DNA of 64,000 bases from an uncultured delta proteobacterium. GTDB lineage: Bacteria; Desulfobacterota; Desulfobacteria; Desulfobacterales; UBA2156. The translations under genes and the position numbers were made by a program. Where the stretch lies: contig CAVTQK010000024.1 in the NCBI GenBank assembly GCA_963736855.1, forward strand, positions 64,001-128,000, given 5' to 3'. The notes under the pieces were generated by a model. It did no database searches. It had not been told where the DNA came from and worked only from the letters and a program-made list of their open reading frames with translations. This document shows positions 41,204 to 50,802 of the stretch, piece after piece. The first letter of the stretch is position 1. Each line of letters opens with the position of its first letter.

Positions 41204-42640
41204 ATGACGGAAAAGCTTTGGGGAGGACGCTTCTCGGAACGTACCGACCGGATTACGGAAGCATTTACCTCATCCATTGATGTGGACCGACGCCTGTATG
41301 CTTATGACATCGAAGGGAGCATTGCCCATTGCAAGACGCTCGCTAAAGCCGGTGTGATCACACAACAAGAGGCGGATACACTGATCCAGGGGCTGATCCG
41401 GATTAAAAGAGATATTGAACACCGAAAATTCGAACTGGATGAAAGCCTGGAAGACATTCACATGAACATCGAGGCCAGGCTCATCCATGACCTGGGAAAA
41501 GTCGCCCAGAAGCTGCACACCGCCCGGAGTCGAAACGATCAAATCGTTCTGGACGTGAGGATGTTTCTCAGGGATGAAAGCCTTGCCATCATTCAGGACC
41601 TTTTGCGTTTGCGGAAAACCGTCGTTAATCTTGCCGAAGCCAACATCGATGTCTTTCTTCCCGGATATACCCACCTGCAGAGGGCGCAGCCGGTTCTGTT
41701 GTCTCATCACCTTATGGCTTATTATGAGATGTTCACCCGAGATTTCGAACGATTTCAAGAAACCCTGCGCCGCATTGACGTGATGCCTTTGGGAAGTGCG
41801 GCGCTGGCCGGAACCACTTATCCCATCGATCGTCATTACACTGCAACCCTTCTGCACTTTCCAAAAGTCGCTCCCAACAGCATCGACGCAGTTTCGGACC
41901 GCGATTTCATCCTGGAGTTTTTATCCGATGCCGCTATAGCCATGGTCCACCTGAGCCGAATGTCGGAAGAGCTGATTCTCTGGTCTTCTTCGGAGTTTAA
42001 TTTCATCGAAATTCCGGATGCCTTTGCCACGGGAAGCAGCATCATGCCTCAGAAAAAAAATCCGGATGTTCCCGAGCTGACCAGAGGAAAAACCGGGATT
42101 GTTTTTGGAAACCTCATGGCGATGCTGACCCTCATGAAGGGTCTTCCCCTCTCCTATAACCGGGATATGCAGGAGGACAAGATATTGTTATTCCAGGGGA
42201 CCGATACCCTCAAGGCTTGCCTGGGAGTCTTTGCTGCAATGCTGCCCAAGATCCAATTCAATGCCGAAGTCATGGGACGGGCAACAGCATCCGGATTCCT
42301 CAATGCTACGGACATGGCCGATTATCTCGTGTCCAAAGGGATGGTGTTCCGGGATGCGCATCAATGCGTTGGAGAGGTCGTGAAATACGCCTTGTCCCAG
42401 GGAAAGGAACTCCAAGAGCTTTCCCTCGATGAGCTTAAATCCTTTTCTTCATCCATTGAAAAGGATATTTACGCGATTCTGGAAACCGAAGCCATGATCA
42501 ACCGTCGAACCTCCTTCGGAGGGACGGCCAAACGATGTGTTTTATCAGCCATCGAAACAGCCAAAGCCATCCTTGAAAAAGAGGATAAGGATGGGGATGC
42601 CAGCACACGGAAGGTACAGGAAAAGGATTCCCTCTTTTAG
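41204..42640 (+). CDS. argH: Argininosuccinate lyase
   Basis: LWGGRF, HTARSRNDQ, GYTHLQRAQP, GSSIMPQKKNPD. Confidence 0.97.
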   Translation: MTEKLWGGRFSERTDRITEAFTSSIDVDRRLYAYDIEGSIAHCKTLAKAGVITQQEADTLIQGLIRIKRDIEHRKFELDESLEDIHMNIEARLIHDLGKVAQKLHTARSRNDQIVLDVRMFLRDESLAIIQDLLRLRKTVVNLAEANIDVFLPGYTHLQRAQPVLLSHHLMAYYEMFTRDFERFQETLRRIDVMPLGSAALAGTTYPIDRHYTATLLHFPKVAPNSIDAVSDRDFILEFLSDAAIAMVHLSRMSEELILWSSSEFNFIEIPDAFATGSSIMPQKKNPDVPELTRGKTGIVFGNLMAMLTLMKGLPLSYNRDMQEDKILLFQGTDTLKACLGVFAAMLPKIQFNAEVMGRATASGFLNATDMADYLVSKGMVFRDAHQCVGEVVKYALSQGKELQELSLDELKSFSSSIEKDIYAILETEAMINRRTSFGGTAKRCVLSAIETAKAILEKEDKDGDASTRKVQEKDSLF

Positions 42641-42649
42641 GGAAAGCAC

Positions 42650-43108
42650 ATGAGAAGATCGGTTCAAGAACGCATCACCGCTTTTTTAATTTTTATTTCC
42701 GCGATTTTTTTGATACAAGGATGCGGTATCAAACGGTCTCCGGTCATTCCGCAGCAGGGTCCTTTGCCGGCCGTCAATGATTTGCGCCTGACCCGGGGAC
42801 CCCAAGGAATCTGGCTGACCTGGTCCATGCCCGAAACACCGTCGGTGGATCCCTTTGACCTGGCCGGTTTTATGATCCATCGCTCCAAGACAGAAGCGGC
42901 CGGCATGGTGTGCCAAGATTGCCCGATCCTGTTCGAGCGCCTTACCCGGGTGCCGATGGAAACTCGGAATGATCCAATAACAGGTGCACTAGTCTTTGTT
43001 TTTGAGGATCGGCCGATAGCGGGTTTCAATTATGTCTACAAAGTAACTCTATTGGACAAAGAAGGCCGGGAAGGCCCGGATTCCAACAGAGTGGAAGTGT
43101 TTTTTTAG
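42650..43108 (+). CDS. Lipoprotein with FnIII-like domain
   Basis: Lipobox IQGCGIKRSP; LTW, CQDCP, YVYKV...EGPDSN pattern. Confidence 0.65.
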   Translation: MRRSVQERITAFLIFISAIFLIQGCGIKRSPVIPQQGPLPAVNDLRLTRGPQGIWLTWSMPETPSVDPFDLAGFMIHRSKTEAAGMVCQDCPILFERLTRVPMETRNDPITGALVFVFEDRPIAGFNYVYKVTLLDKEGREGPDSNRVEVFF

Positions 43109-43139
43109 AGTTTATATTTTTTTAGGTTCATCAAAGTTT

Positions 43140-43292
43140 GATGAAATCGTAAAAACTCAAAATTAGGATGGCAAAGTAAAAAGCTTCAGATGCAAGGCGC
43201 GCAAATCCTGAGGAATGAGGCATACATATGGGTACACCGCAATGACGAAGGATGCAGTGCAACGCAGCAGATGGACTTTTTACGAAGCCATC
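43140..43292. mobile_element. 153-bp MITE, family A (reverse orientation)
   Basis: Perfect 6-bp direct repeat AAGTTT on both sides; near-identical to 47467 copy. Confidence 0.88.
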
Positions 43293-43317
43293 AAGTTTTA
43301 TTCAAAGCGAGAATAGA

Positions 43318-44580
43318 ATGCATCATTTCAACTACCGAAACGGGGAGCTTTTTTGTGAAGACGTGCCGGTAAAGGCCGTTGTCGAGGCGTCTGGAACTCC
43401 ATGTTATCTTTACAGTCACGCCACCCTGACGCGCCATTTTCAGGAGTTTTCGGACGCCTTTCAAGGAATGGACCGCCTGGTCTGCTATTCTGCCAAGGCC
43501 AACACAAATCTGGCGATCCTGCGGCTTTTTGTAAAAATGGGGGGCGGCCTAGACATTGTTTCGGGAGGGGAGCTGTATCGAGGACTTGCTGCCGGTTTTT
43601 CGGCGGAGCACATTGTTTACAGTGGTGTGGGAAAGATGGTGGATGAAATCGACTTTGCCCTTGAAAAAGGGATCCTCATGTTCAATGTGGAGTCCATTGA
43701 AGAACTCAAGCTTTTAAACGAAAGGGCCAAAACCCTTGGGAAGACGGCACCCATTGCACTGCGGGTCAATCCGGACGTAGATCCCAAGACACACCCATAT
43801 ATTTCTACCGGGCTGAATAAGAACAAGTTCGGCATCGACACGAAAGGAGCCATGGAAGGATACAGGTTGGCCCAAACGCTTTCCAATATTCGTGTTCGGG
43901 GAATCGATTGCCACATCGGCTCCCAGATTACCGAATCTACGCCTTTCAAGGATGCCCTGAAGAGCCTGGTCGGACTGGTCGGGAAGTTGAAGGATATGGG
44001 TATCCTCCTGGAGCATATCGACGTGGGCGGAGGTTTGGGGATCATTTACGACGATGAGTCGCCTCCCCTTCCCGTTGAATATGCCCGCGCCATCGTGGGT
44101 GCTCTTAAAGGGACCTCACTGAAGCTGATTTTGGAGCCGGGTCGGGTGATTGTGGGGAATGCCGGTATCTTGGTCACACGGGTACTGTACCGAAAAAAGG
44201 GAAAGGCTAAGGAGTTCGTCATCGTGGATGCCGCCATGAACGATCTCATCCGTCCCTCTTTGTATCATGCATACCATGCCGTGTGGCCGGTGGTTAGAAC
44301 GCGACGGAAAAAGATCCGCGCCGATGTGGTGGGACCTATTTGTGAAAGCGGGGATTTCCTGGCCGAGGACCGGGAAATGGCGGATGTCAAAAAGGGAGAA
44401 TTGCTGGCCGTGATGAGCGCCGGTGCATACGGTTTTTCCATGGCGTCCAACTATTGCTCCAGGCCCAAAGCCGCCGAGGTCATGGTGAAGGGCGACCGGT
44501 TCCATGTGGTGCGGGCACGAGAGACTTACGAGGATCTCATCCGGAGGGAATCGATTCCCGAGTTTATCGGATCACAATAG
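43318..44580 (+). CDS. lysA: Diaminopimelate decarboxylase
   Basis: YSAKAN, HIGSQ, GGGLG, EPGR, GPICESGD, GAYG. Confidence 0.96.
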   Translation: MHHFNYRNGELFCEDVPVKAVVEASGTPCYLYSHATLTRHFQEFSDAFQGMDRLVCYSAKANTNLAILRLFVKMGGGLDIVSGGELYRGLAAGFSAEHIVYSGVGKMVDEIDFALEKGILMFNVESIEELKLLNERAKTLGKTAPIALRVNPDVDPKTHPYISTGLNKNKFGIDTKGAMEGYRLAQTLSNIRVRGIDCHIGSQITESTPFKDALKSLVGLVGKLKDMGILLEHIDVGGGLGIIYDDESPPLPVEYARAIVGALKGTSLKLILEPGRVIVGNAGILVTRVLYRKKGKAKEFVIVDAAMNDLIRPSLYHAYHAVWPVVRTRRKKIRADVVGPICESGDFLAEDREMADVKKGELLAVMSAGAYGFSMASNYCSRPKAAEVMVKGDRFHVVRARETYEDLIRRESIPEFIGSQ

Positions 44581-44690
44581 CGAGCCCATTCCCTGCAGAT
44601 TGCTGCAGTGCCCTTCAACAACCGAAGAGGTGTCGGTGGTACCGAAAGGGAGCGGATCCTGTACACAGCCGAAAAGTTACGATTGAGGCC

Positions 44691-45536
44691 ATGAAAAAAA
44701 TCCCTTTTTTCAAAATGAGCGGCAGCGGAAACGACTTTATTGTTATCGACAACCGGGATCCTGTGGTTGACGAGGCTGTGCTGACTCGGTTTATCGCAGG
44801 TGTGTGTCGCAGAAGACTTTCCGCAGGGGCCGATGGTTTGATCCTGGTGGAGCGATCCGGGTGCGCGGATTTCAAGTGGCGGTATTATAACTCGGACGGG
44901 AGCCGGGCCGAAATGTGCGGCAACGGGGCACGGTGTGTGTCCCGGTTTGCCTATTTGAAAGGGATTGCCGGAGCCTCTTTGTCTTTTGAGGCGGATACCG
45001 GCCTTATGGAGGCAATAATGATCGGGGACCGCGTGAAGGTCAAGATGCCCATGCCTCATGACATGAGTATGGATGAATCCGTCGAGACAACGGAAGGTCT
45101 GGTCCGGCTGAGCCGCATCAACACGGGAGTTCCCCACGCCGTGGTGGAGGTTCGGGACCTGGGAGCGGTGGATGTGCGGGCCAGGGGTCGGGAAATGCGG
45201 TTTCATCGGCATTTTGCTCCGGCTGGGACCAACGTCAACTTCATTGTTCCCGAAAAGGACGGAGTGATTGCCATAAGGACCTATGAGCGGGGGGTTGAGG
45301 ATGAAACCTTGGCATGCGGAACCGGCGCCATCGCCAGTGCCCTGGTGACGGCGGTCAAACAGGGGATGACTTCTCCCATTCGGGTTCTGCCGAAGGGAGG
45401 CGGATATTTGACCATCCATTTCAAGCGTGAAAAGATCGGTTTTGACGAAGTGTTTCTCGAGGGGGATGCCCGAGTCATTTACGAGGGAGTCATGTGGGAC
45501 GAAGCCTGGAAAGAAGGAGGGACAACAAACCAATGA
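44691..45536 (+). CDS. dapF: Diaminopimelate epimerase
   Basis: [33 protein letters not shown]. Confidence 0.96.
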   Translation: MKKIPFFKMSGSGNDFIVIDNRDPVVDEAVLTRFIAGVCRRRLSAGADGLILVERSGCADFKWRYYNSDGSRAEMCGNGARCVSRFAYLKGIAGASLSFEADTGLMEAIMIGDRVKVKMPMPHDMSMDESVETTEGLVRLSRINTGVPHAVVEVRDLGAVDVRARGREMRFHRHFAPAGTNVNFIVPEKDGVIAIRTYERGVEDETLACGTGAIASALVTAVKQGMTSPIRVLPKGGGYLTIHFKREKIGFDEVFLEGDARVIYEGVMWDEAWKEGGTTNQ

Positions 45537-46714
45537 TCGCCATCGAGAAAGCGGAACGAGTCAAGAGCCTACCGCCGTATCTGTTCAAGGAACTCGACCG
45601 CCAAAAAGAAGCGGTCCGTAGTCAGGGAGTCGATATCATCGACCTAGGAGTAGGTGACCCGGACCTTCCCACTCCCAGACACATCATCGAAGCCCTCAGC
45701 CGCGCAGCCGACGACCCGGCCAACCATAGGTACCCGTCTTATACGGGTATGAAAGCTTTCAATGCCGCTGCAGCAAGATGGTATCAGAAGCGATTCAATG
45801 TGGACCTGGATCCCGAGAGGGAAGTCGTGACACTCATCGGTTCCAAGGAGGGGATTGCCCATCTTCCCCTGGCTTTTATTGATCCGGGGGATGTGGCCCT
45901 GGTGCCGAGTCCGGCGTATCCGGTATACAATATCGGAGTCCGATTTGCCGGAGGGCATTCCTATTTTATGGACCTGACCCTGCAAAATGAATTCTTGCCT
46001 GACTTTGCGGCGATTCCTCCGGAAATCGCTGAGAAGGCCAAGCTGATGTTCATTAATTACCCCAACAACCCTACTGCGGCCGTTGCTCCCAAGAGTTTTT
46101 TTGAAAAGGTGGTGGATTTCGCCCGGAGGTATCAAATCATCGTGTGTCACGATGCCGCTTATACCGAAATGGCCTTTGACGGTTATCGTCCCACAAGCTT
46201 TCTGGAGGTTCCCGGGGCCAAGGATGTGGGGATCGAGTTTCACAGCCTCTCCAAGACGTATGCGATGACAGGATGGCGGATTGGTTTTGCGGTGGGACGG
46301 GCAGAAGTGATCGAGGGTCTGGGGCAGGTGAAGAGTAACATCGACTCCGGCGCATTTCAGGCGATACAACTGGCCGGGATCGTGGCCTTGGAAGGAGATC
46401 AGACGTGCGTAAATAAAATGAACGCAGAATACCAGGCCCGCAGAGACATTCTGGTAGACGGACTTTCAAAACTGGGCCTGGCGGTCCTAAAACCGAAGGC
46501 GACTTTTTATGTCTGGGTCGGAATTCCGAAGGGTTTTTCGTCGGCCGATTTTGCCGGCCGTTTGTTGAAAAAAGCGGGCGTGGTGGCAACCCCCGGGAAC
46601 GGTTTCGGCGCCGCTGGGGAAGGGTATATCCGGATGGCCCTCACCGTGAGCCAAAAGCGGATGCAGGAGGCCGTGGAAAGGCTTGGCGCCATCGACTGGT
46701 CACATGCCTTTTGA
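45533..46714 (+). CDS. dapL: LL-diaminopimelate aminotransferase
   Basis: LPPYLF, IGSKEG, NYPNNP, HDAAY, SLSKTY.MTGWR; within lysA-dapF cluster. Confidence 0.9.
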   Translation: MIAIEKAERVKSLPPYLFKELDRQKEAVRSQGVDIIDLGVGDPDLPTPRHIIEALSRAADDPANHRYPSYTGMKAFNAAAARWYQKRFNVDLDPEREVVTLIGSKEGIAHLPLAFIDPGDVALVPSPAYPVYNIGVRFAGGHSYFMDLTLQNEFLPDFAAIPPEIAEKAKLMFINYPNNPTAAVAPKSFFEKVVDFARRYQIIVCHDAAYTEMAFDGYRPTSFLEVPGAKDVGIEFHSLSKTYAMTGWRIGFAVGRAEVIEGLGQVKSNIDSGAFQAIQLAGIVALEGDQTCVNKMNAEYQARRDILVDGLSKLGLAVLKPKATFYVWVGIPKGFSSADFAGRLLKKAGVVATPGNGFGAAGEGYIRMALTVSQKRMQEAVERLGAIDWSHAF

Positions 46715-47204
46715 AGAGGATGTCTTTCTTTCAGTCGGTTCCAACATGGGGGATCGGCTCGAAAACTGCAAACGCGGCATCGGCGGGCTTGCCGAATACG
46801 GGTCCACGCAGCTGACCGGGCAATCCCGTTTTTACCTGACCGAGCCGGTGGATTATAAAAACCAAGATTGGTTTGCCAATGCGGTGATTCGGATCCGGAC
46901 CGACTTGGGTCCACATGAATTGTTAAAAGCCATGCGGTTGATCCAGCATCGCGCAGGCAGAACATCAGACCCAGTAAGATTCGGGCCCCGGATCCTGGAT
47001 CTGGACATTTTGATTTATGGAGATCGAGTGGTAGAGACCAACGATCTCATCATCCCGCACCCGCGGATGCATGAAAGGCGATTTGTACTGCAACCCATGT
47101 GTGATATTAACCCGAACACAGTCCATCCGATTTTAAAAAAAAGCATGCGGTCCCTGTTGGACGCCTTGCCTGAAGGATCCCAGCGGGTGATGCTTTGCCC
47201 ATGA
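46704..47204 (+). CDS. folK: 2-amino-4-hydroxy-6-hydroxymethyldihydropteridine diphosphokinase
   Basis: [31 protein letters not shown]. Confidence 0.95.
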   Translation: MPFEEDVFLSVGSNMGDRLENCKRGIGGLAEYGSTQLTGQSRFYLTEPVDYKNQDWFANAVIRIRTDLGPHELLKAMRLIQHRAGRTSDPVRFGPRILDLDILIYGDRVVETNDLIIPHPRMHERRFVLQPMCDINPNTVHPILKKSMRSLLDALPEGSQRVMLCP

Positions 47205-47461
47205 AAATTCTGGTTCTGATCGCTGCCGTATACTTGGGATATCGGTTCCTTCGTCACTGGATGGGCCATGTCACCATAACAAACCGAAAATATTCAGGTC
47301 ATGGGAATCGGGAAATCGATGATTTGATGGTCAAAGATCCGGTCTGCGAAGTCTATATTCCCAAGAATGAAGGGATTCGGCTGCTTGTAGACGGTCAGGA
47401 GTATTATTTTTGCAGTTCCAAATGCAGAGATACGTTTCTGGAGAATCGGCGGCGGCATTGA
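47201..47461 (+). CDS. YHS/TRASH domain small membrane protein
   Basis: N-terminal TM; VKDPVCEVY...YYFCS..C. Confidence 0.8.
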   Translation: MKILVLIAAVYLGYRFLRHWMGHVTITNRKYSGHGNREIDDLMVKDPVCEVYIPKNEGIRLLVDGQEYYFCSSKCRDTFLENRRRH

Positions 47462-47466
47462 AGTTT

Positions 47467-47619
47467 GATGAAATCGTAAAAACTCAAAATTAGGATGGCA
47501 AAGTAAAAAGCTTCATATGCAAGGCGTGCAAATCCTGAGGAATGAGGCGTATATATGGGTACGCCGCAATGACGAAGGATGCAGTGCAACGCAGCAGATG
47601 GACTTTTTACGAAGCCATC
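47467..47619. mobile_element. 153-bp MITE, family A (reverse orientation)
   Basis: Same TIRs and interior as 43140 copy; flanks AAGTTT / (A)AAGTTT. Confidence 0.88.
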
Positions 47620-47657
47620 AAAGTTTGATGAACGCATAAACAAGAAAAGAAACGGCA

Positions 47658-48215
47658 TTGGCGGATAAATCCAGTATATTAAGCCCGCCGAATCGGCTGA
47701 CCCTTTTGCGCATCGTCGCGATTCCCGGAATTATCATCTTATTGCATTTTCCTGGGAAAATGACGACGCTTGCGGCAGCAATGGTTTTTAGCATTGCAGC
47801 CATAACGGACTGGCTGGACGGATACTGGGCCCGGCGCTGCGGCTTGGTTTCTAACTTGGGGAAGGTCATGGATCCGGTGGCGGATAAGCTCCTCGTATCG
47901 TCGAGTTTCATCATGCTCACCTACCATGGATGGGTTCCCGCCTGGGTGGTGTGTGTGATTATCGGCAGGGAACTGGCGGTGACGGGATTGCGCAACGTCA
48001 TTGCGGAAAAAGGGGAGGACCTTTCCGCTTCCATGCTGGGAAAGTATAAAACCGGATTCCAGATTTCCGCCATCATCCCTCTTCTTTTACATTTTCCATA
48101 TTTAGGCATCCGTTTTCACGCCATCGGAACGGTCTTTCTATGGCTGGCCCTATTTTTCACCATCTGGTCGGGAGCGGACTATTTTATAAGATATCGAAAA
48201 TTGCTCAAGGGATGA
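47658..48215 (+). CDS. pgsA: CDP-diacylglycerol--glycerol-3-phosphate 3-phosphatidyltransferase
   Basis: PNRLTLLR, TDWLDGYWARR...GKVMDPVADK, GRELAVTGLR; precedes tRNA-Gly/Cys. Confidence 0.94.
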   Translation: MADKSSILSPPNRLTLLRIVAIPGIIILLHFPGKMTTLAAAMVFSIAAITDWLDGYWARRCGLVSNLGKVMDPVADKLLVSSSFIMLTYHGWVPAWVVCVIIGRELAVTGLRNVIAEKGEDLSASMLGKYKTGFQISAIIPLLLHFPYLGIRFHAIGTVFLWLALFFTIWSGADYFIRYRKLLKG

Positions 48216-48226
48216 AGAAAAGGGGG

Positions 48227-48255
48227 TTGACAAACGGTGCCGGATTGATTACTTG
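48227..48255 (+). promoter_or_regulatory. Possible sigma70 promoter for tRNA pair
   Basis: TTGACA at 48227 with weak -10 about 17 bp downstream, just before tRNA-Gly. Confidence 0.4.
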
Positions 48256-48267
48256 ATCCGAAAAAGA

Positions 48268-48342
48268 GCGGGAATAACTCAGTGGTAGAGTGCGACCTTG
48301 CCAAGGTCGAAGTCGCGGGTTCAAATCCCGTTTCCCGCTCCA
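48268..48342 (+). tRNA. tRNA-Gly (GCC)
   Basis: Cloverleaf GCGGGAA...TTCCCGC, anticodon loop TTGCCAA, GTTCAA T-loop, encoded CCA. Confidence 0.97.
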
Positions 48343-48352
48343 TTTTTTTTGA

Positions 48353-48427
48353 GGCGGCATAGCCAAGTGGTAAGGCAGCGGTCTGCAAAACCGTTATACT
48401 CCGGTTCAAATCCGGATGCCGCCTCCA
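48353..48427 (+). tRNA. tRNA-Cys (GCA)
   Basis: GGCGGCA...TGCCGCC acceptor stem, anticodon loop CTGCAAA, GTTCAA, encoded CCA. Confidence 0.97.
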
Positions 48428-48625
48428 TATTCGATTCTTCTTTTATGTGCATCCGAGTGAAAACCTCGTCAATTGTATTGGTTACCCAGTCCCTGAAATC
48501 AAAACGATCAAACCTATGCGTCGGTTCTTCCTATCAACCGAACCCAAGGGGTATCAGCCATTCATGTTGTTTCAGATCGATTCGGTTCAAGAAGAGTTAT
48601 AAACCACTTGCCAAGGAGGCCTGCC

Positions 48626-49069
48626 ATGAATCAAATCAGGGAACAAGCCGCTTTCATTTGTTCGAGGGACACAATCGATGGCGCATACCCCAGCCTGATT
48701 TTAGGTATCAATGCCGCCCGGCTGGGAATGGAGACAAAGGTATTTTACACTTTCATGGGGTTGCGCCTGCTCCTTAGAGGCGGATTTGAACGTGCCAAGT
48801 TCATTCCACCCGGCATTCTCGGGGCTATTCCGGGGATGGCCAGCATCGCCACGGCGATGATGAAAAGCAAGATCGACAAGGCTAACATTCCAAGCCTCGC
48901 CGAACTTCAAGAAATGGCGCAGATCGAGGGGGTCGAATTGATCGCCTGCCGGATGAGCGTGGACATGATGGAGCTTAAGGAAGAAGAGCTCATCGACGGC
49001 GCTCTGATCTGGTCTGCCCAGGATTTCATGAAATACGCCAAGGACGCCAAGCTGTGCCTTTTTACCTGA
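48626..49069 (+). CDS. DsrE/DsrF/DrsH-like (DsrE2-type) protein
   Basis: FYTFMGL, IACRMSVDMM with conserved Cys, ELIDG; RBS AGGAGG before ATG 48626. Confidence 0.82.
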   Translation: MNQIREQAAFICSRDTIDGAYPSLILGINAARLGMETKVFYTFMGLRLLLRGGFERAKFIPPGILGAIPGMASIATAMMKSKIDKANIPSLAELQEMAQIEGVELIACRMSVDMMELKEEELIDGALIWSAQDFMKYAKDAKLCLFT

Positions 49070-49078
49070 CGGACAAAG

Positions 49079-50638
49079 ATGATGAAAAACGGCCTGACGT
49101 CTAATTCGGAGCATCGCATGAGGCTGGGTCGACGCAAGGAGGACCGGATCCTCCTGGGTCAGTTGAAGCGCTATCACCAGCTTTATCAAGTGGGACAGGT
49201 GATCACCTCGGAGATGAACCTCGAGACCCTGTTCGAGGTGATCATCAACCAAACCGATGAGGTCATGGATACCCAGCGAAGTACGGTGTTTCTCTTTGAT
49301 GAACAGAGTAATACTTTGTGGTCCCTGGTCGCCTCAGGGATGGGGAAAGAACTGATCCGGATTTCGGCCGGAAAAGGGGTGGCCGGATGGGTCTTTCAAA
49401 AGGGCCAGGCTGCCCTGATCAATGACGCATACGCCGATCCCCGCTTCTACCCCGACATCGACCGTAAATCCGGATTTCATACCCGAAATATCCTTTGTAT
49501 CCCGCTGGTCAACCGCAGCAATCATCGCATCGGAGTCCTCCAGACGCTGAATAAAAAAGACGGTGATTTTACTTACGCGGATTTAGAGCTTTTGACCTCG
49601 ATTTCCCATTATGTGGCTATTTCTCTGGAAAACGCCAAGCTCTATGAGGATTTAAAGCTCATGGAAAAAGCCCGGGAGCGGGTCATCAACCACCTGTCAC
49701 ATGAACTCAAGACCCCTCTTGCAGTCATCGGCGCGGCATTGCACCAGATGGGAAAGAAACTCCATAAAAGCCATGTCGAAGGTTATGAGTCCATCCTGAA
49801 ACGGGGCAGACGAAGCATTGAGCGGCTCTTGAATCTTCAGGAAAAGATCGATGATATTTTGAATCAAAAAGTGGTGCTGGAAAAAGATACGCTCACTAAA
49901 ATCATCGAAGATGCCGCTTTTCTGGTGGAAGAGTCGATGGAAGAAAACGGCGGTACGCTGCGTCGAAGTCTCGAGGTAGTGCTGCAGAAGATACAGGCCA
50001 TATATGCCATCGATCCGATGATCATGGAAGACCTGGATCTGGGGAGCATTATAACCGAAGTTTTTAAACATGTTCAGGCCCAAAGCCATAACAGAAACCT
50101 GAAATTCAGAAGCACAATCGAAGAAAATCTTTGCATCCGACTGGATCGGAAGGTGTTGTCCAAGGTGCTGGGGGGAATCCTGAGAAACGCCGTGGAAAAC
50201 ACGCCCGATGAAGGTTGTATCGAAATATCGGCGGGTCGCAAGCAGGATGCAATCCAGGTGGAGATTCGCGATTCCGGCATCGGGATATCCCCCCAGAACC
50301 AAAAGTTAATATTTCAAGGTTTTATTCACATGACCGATACCACGGTTTATTCATCGAAGAATCCCTACGATTTCGGAGCCGGCGGAACCGGTTCGGACCT
50401 TTTGCGGATCAAATTATTTTCCGAGCGCCTGGGCTTTGACGTTTCTTTTAAAAGTGCCCGTTGCCCCTTTATCCCTATGGATCGAGATCAGTGCCCGGGC
50501 CGGATCTCAATCTGCCCTCACATCAATGCCGAAGAGCAATGCCAAGAATTTGGCGGAACGGCCTTCACCCTTCTCTTCCACACTGGGAAACCATTGAAAC
50601 TGCAAAAAGATCAAGGTGCCATGGGGCTCCTTGCCTGA
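49079..50638 (+). CDS. GAF-domain sensor histidine kinase with Cys-rich insert
   Basis: GAF (GVAGWV, DAYADPRF, NKK..F...D), H-box SHELKTPL, N-box RNAVENT, G1 DSGIGI, atypical G2 GGTGSDL. Confidence 0.88.
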   Translation: MMKNGLTSNSEHRMRLGRRKEDRILLGQLKRYHQLYQVGQVITSEMNLETLFEVIINQTDEVMDTQRSTVFLFDEQSNTLWSLVASGMGKELIRISAGKGVAGWVFQKGQAALINDAYADPRFYPDIDRKSGFHTRNILCIPLVNRSNHRIGVLQTLNKKDGDFTYADLELLTSISHYVAISLENAKLYEDLKLMEKARERVINHLSHELKTPLAVIGAALHQMGKKLHKSHVEGYESILKRGRRSIERLLNLQEKIDDILNQKVVLEKDTLTKIIEDAAFLVEESMEENGGTLRRSLEVVLQKIQAIYAIDPMIMEDLDLGSIITEVFKHVQAQSHNRNLKFRSTIEENLCIRLDRKVLSKVLGGILRNAVENTPDEGCIEISAGRKQDAIQVEIRDSGIGISPQNQKLIFQGFIHMTDTTVYSSKNPYDFGAGGTGSDLLRIKLFSERLGFDVSFKSARCPFIPMDRDQCPGRISICPHINAEEQCQEFGGTAFTLLFHTGKPLKLQKDQGAMGLLA

Positions 50639-50802
50639 TCCCCGGACTAACTCTGACGTTTTGGTAAAATCCATTTTCCTTTTTGATGTGAATCAGTTGC
50701 AGACTGTATGTCGCAGCCGGTATCGAAGTGTGGCGATATCGGAATTGACCCGGCTTGAGCCTTGGGGTATGGAAAAAGGGAAACAGGACGCGAGGCTTTC
50801 AT

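Noticed and set aside
44581..44690. lysA-dapF spacer with AGAGGTG and GAAAGGG words reminiscent of a lysine riboswitch
   Set aside because: Far shorter than the aptamer and the required helices cannot be built
44526..45533. Long antisense ORFs (also 32271-32999, 33810-34550, 50866-51873)
   Set aside because: Shadows of well-supported genes on the opposite strand in GC-rich coding DNA; no motifs
17138..47619. Repeated GATGGCTTCGTAAAAAGTCC sequences as a CRISPR array
   Set aside because: Dispersed, 153 bp long, with TIRs and target duplications; no repeat-spacer periodicity and no cas genes
48179..48777. ORFs 48179-48409 and 48298-48777
   Set aside because: Overlap the two tRNA genes; spurious
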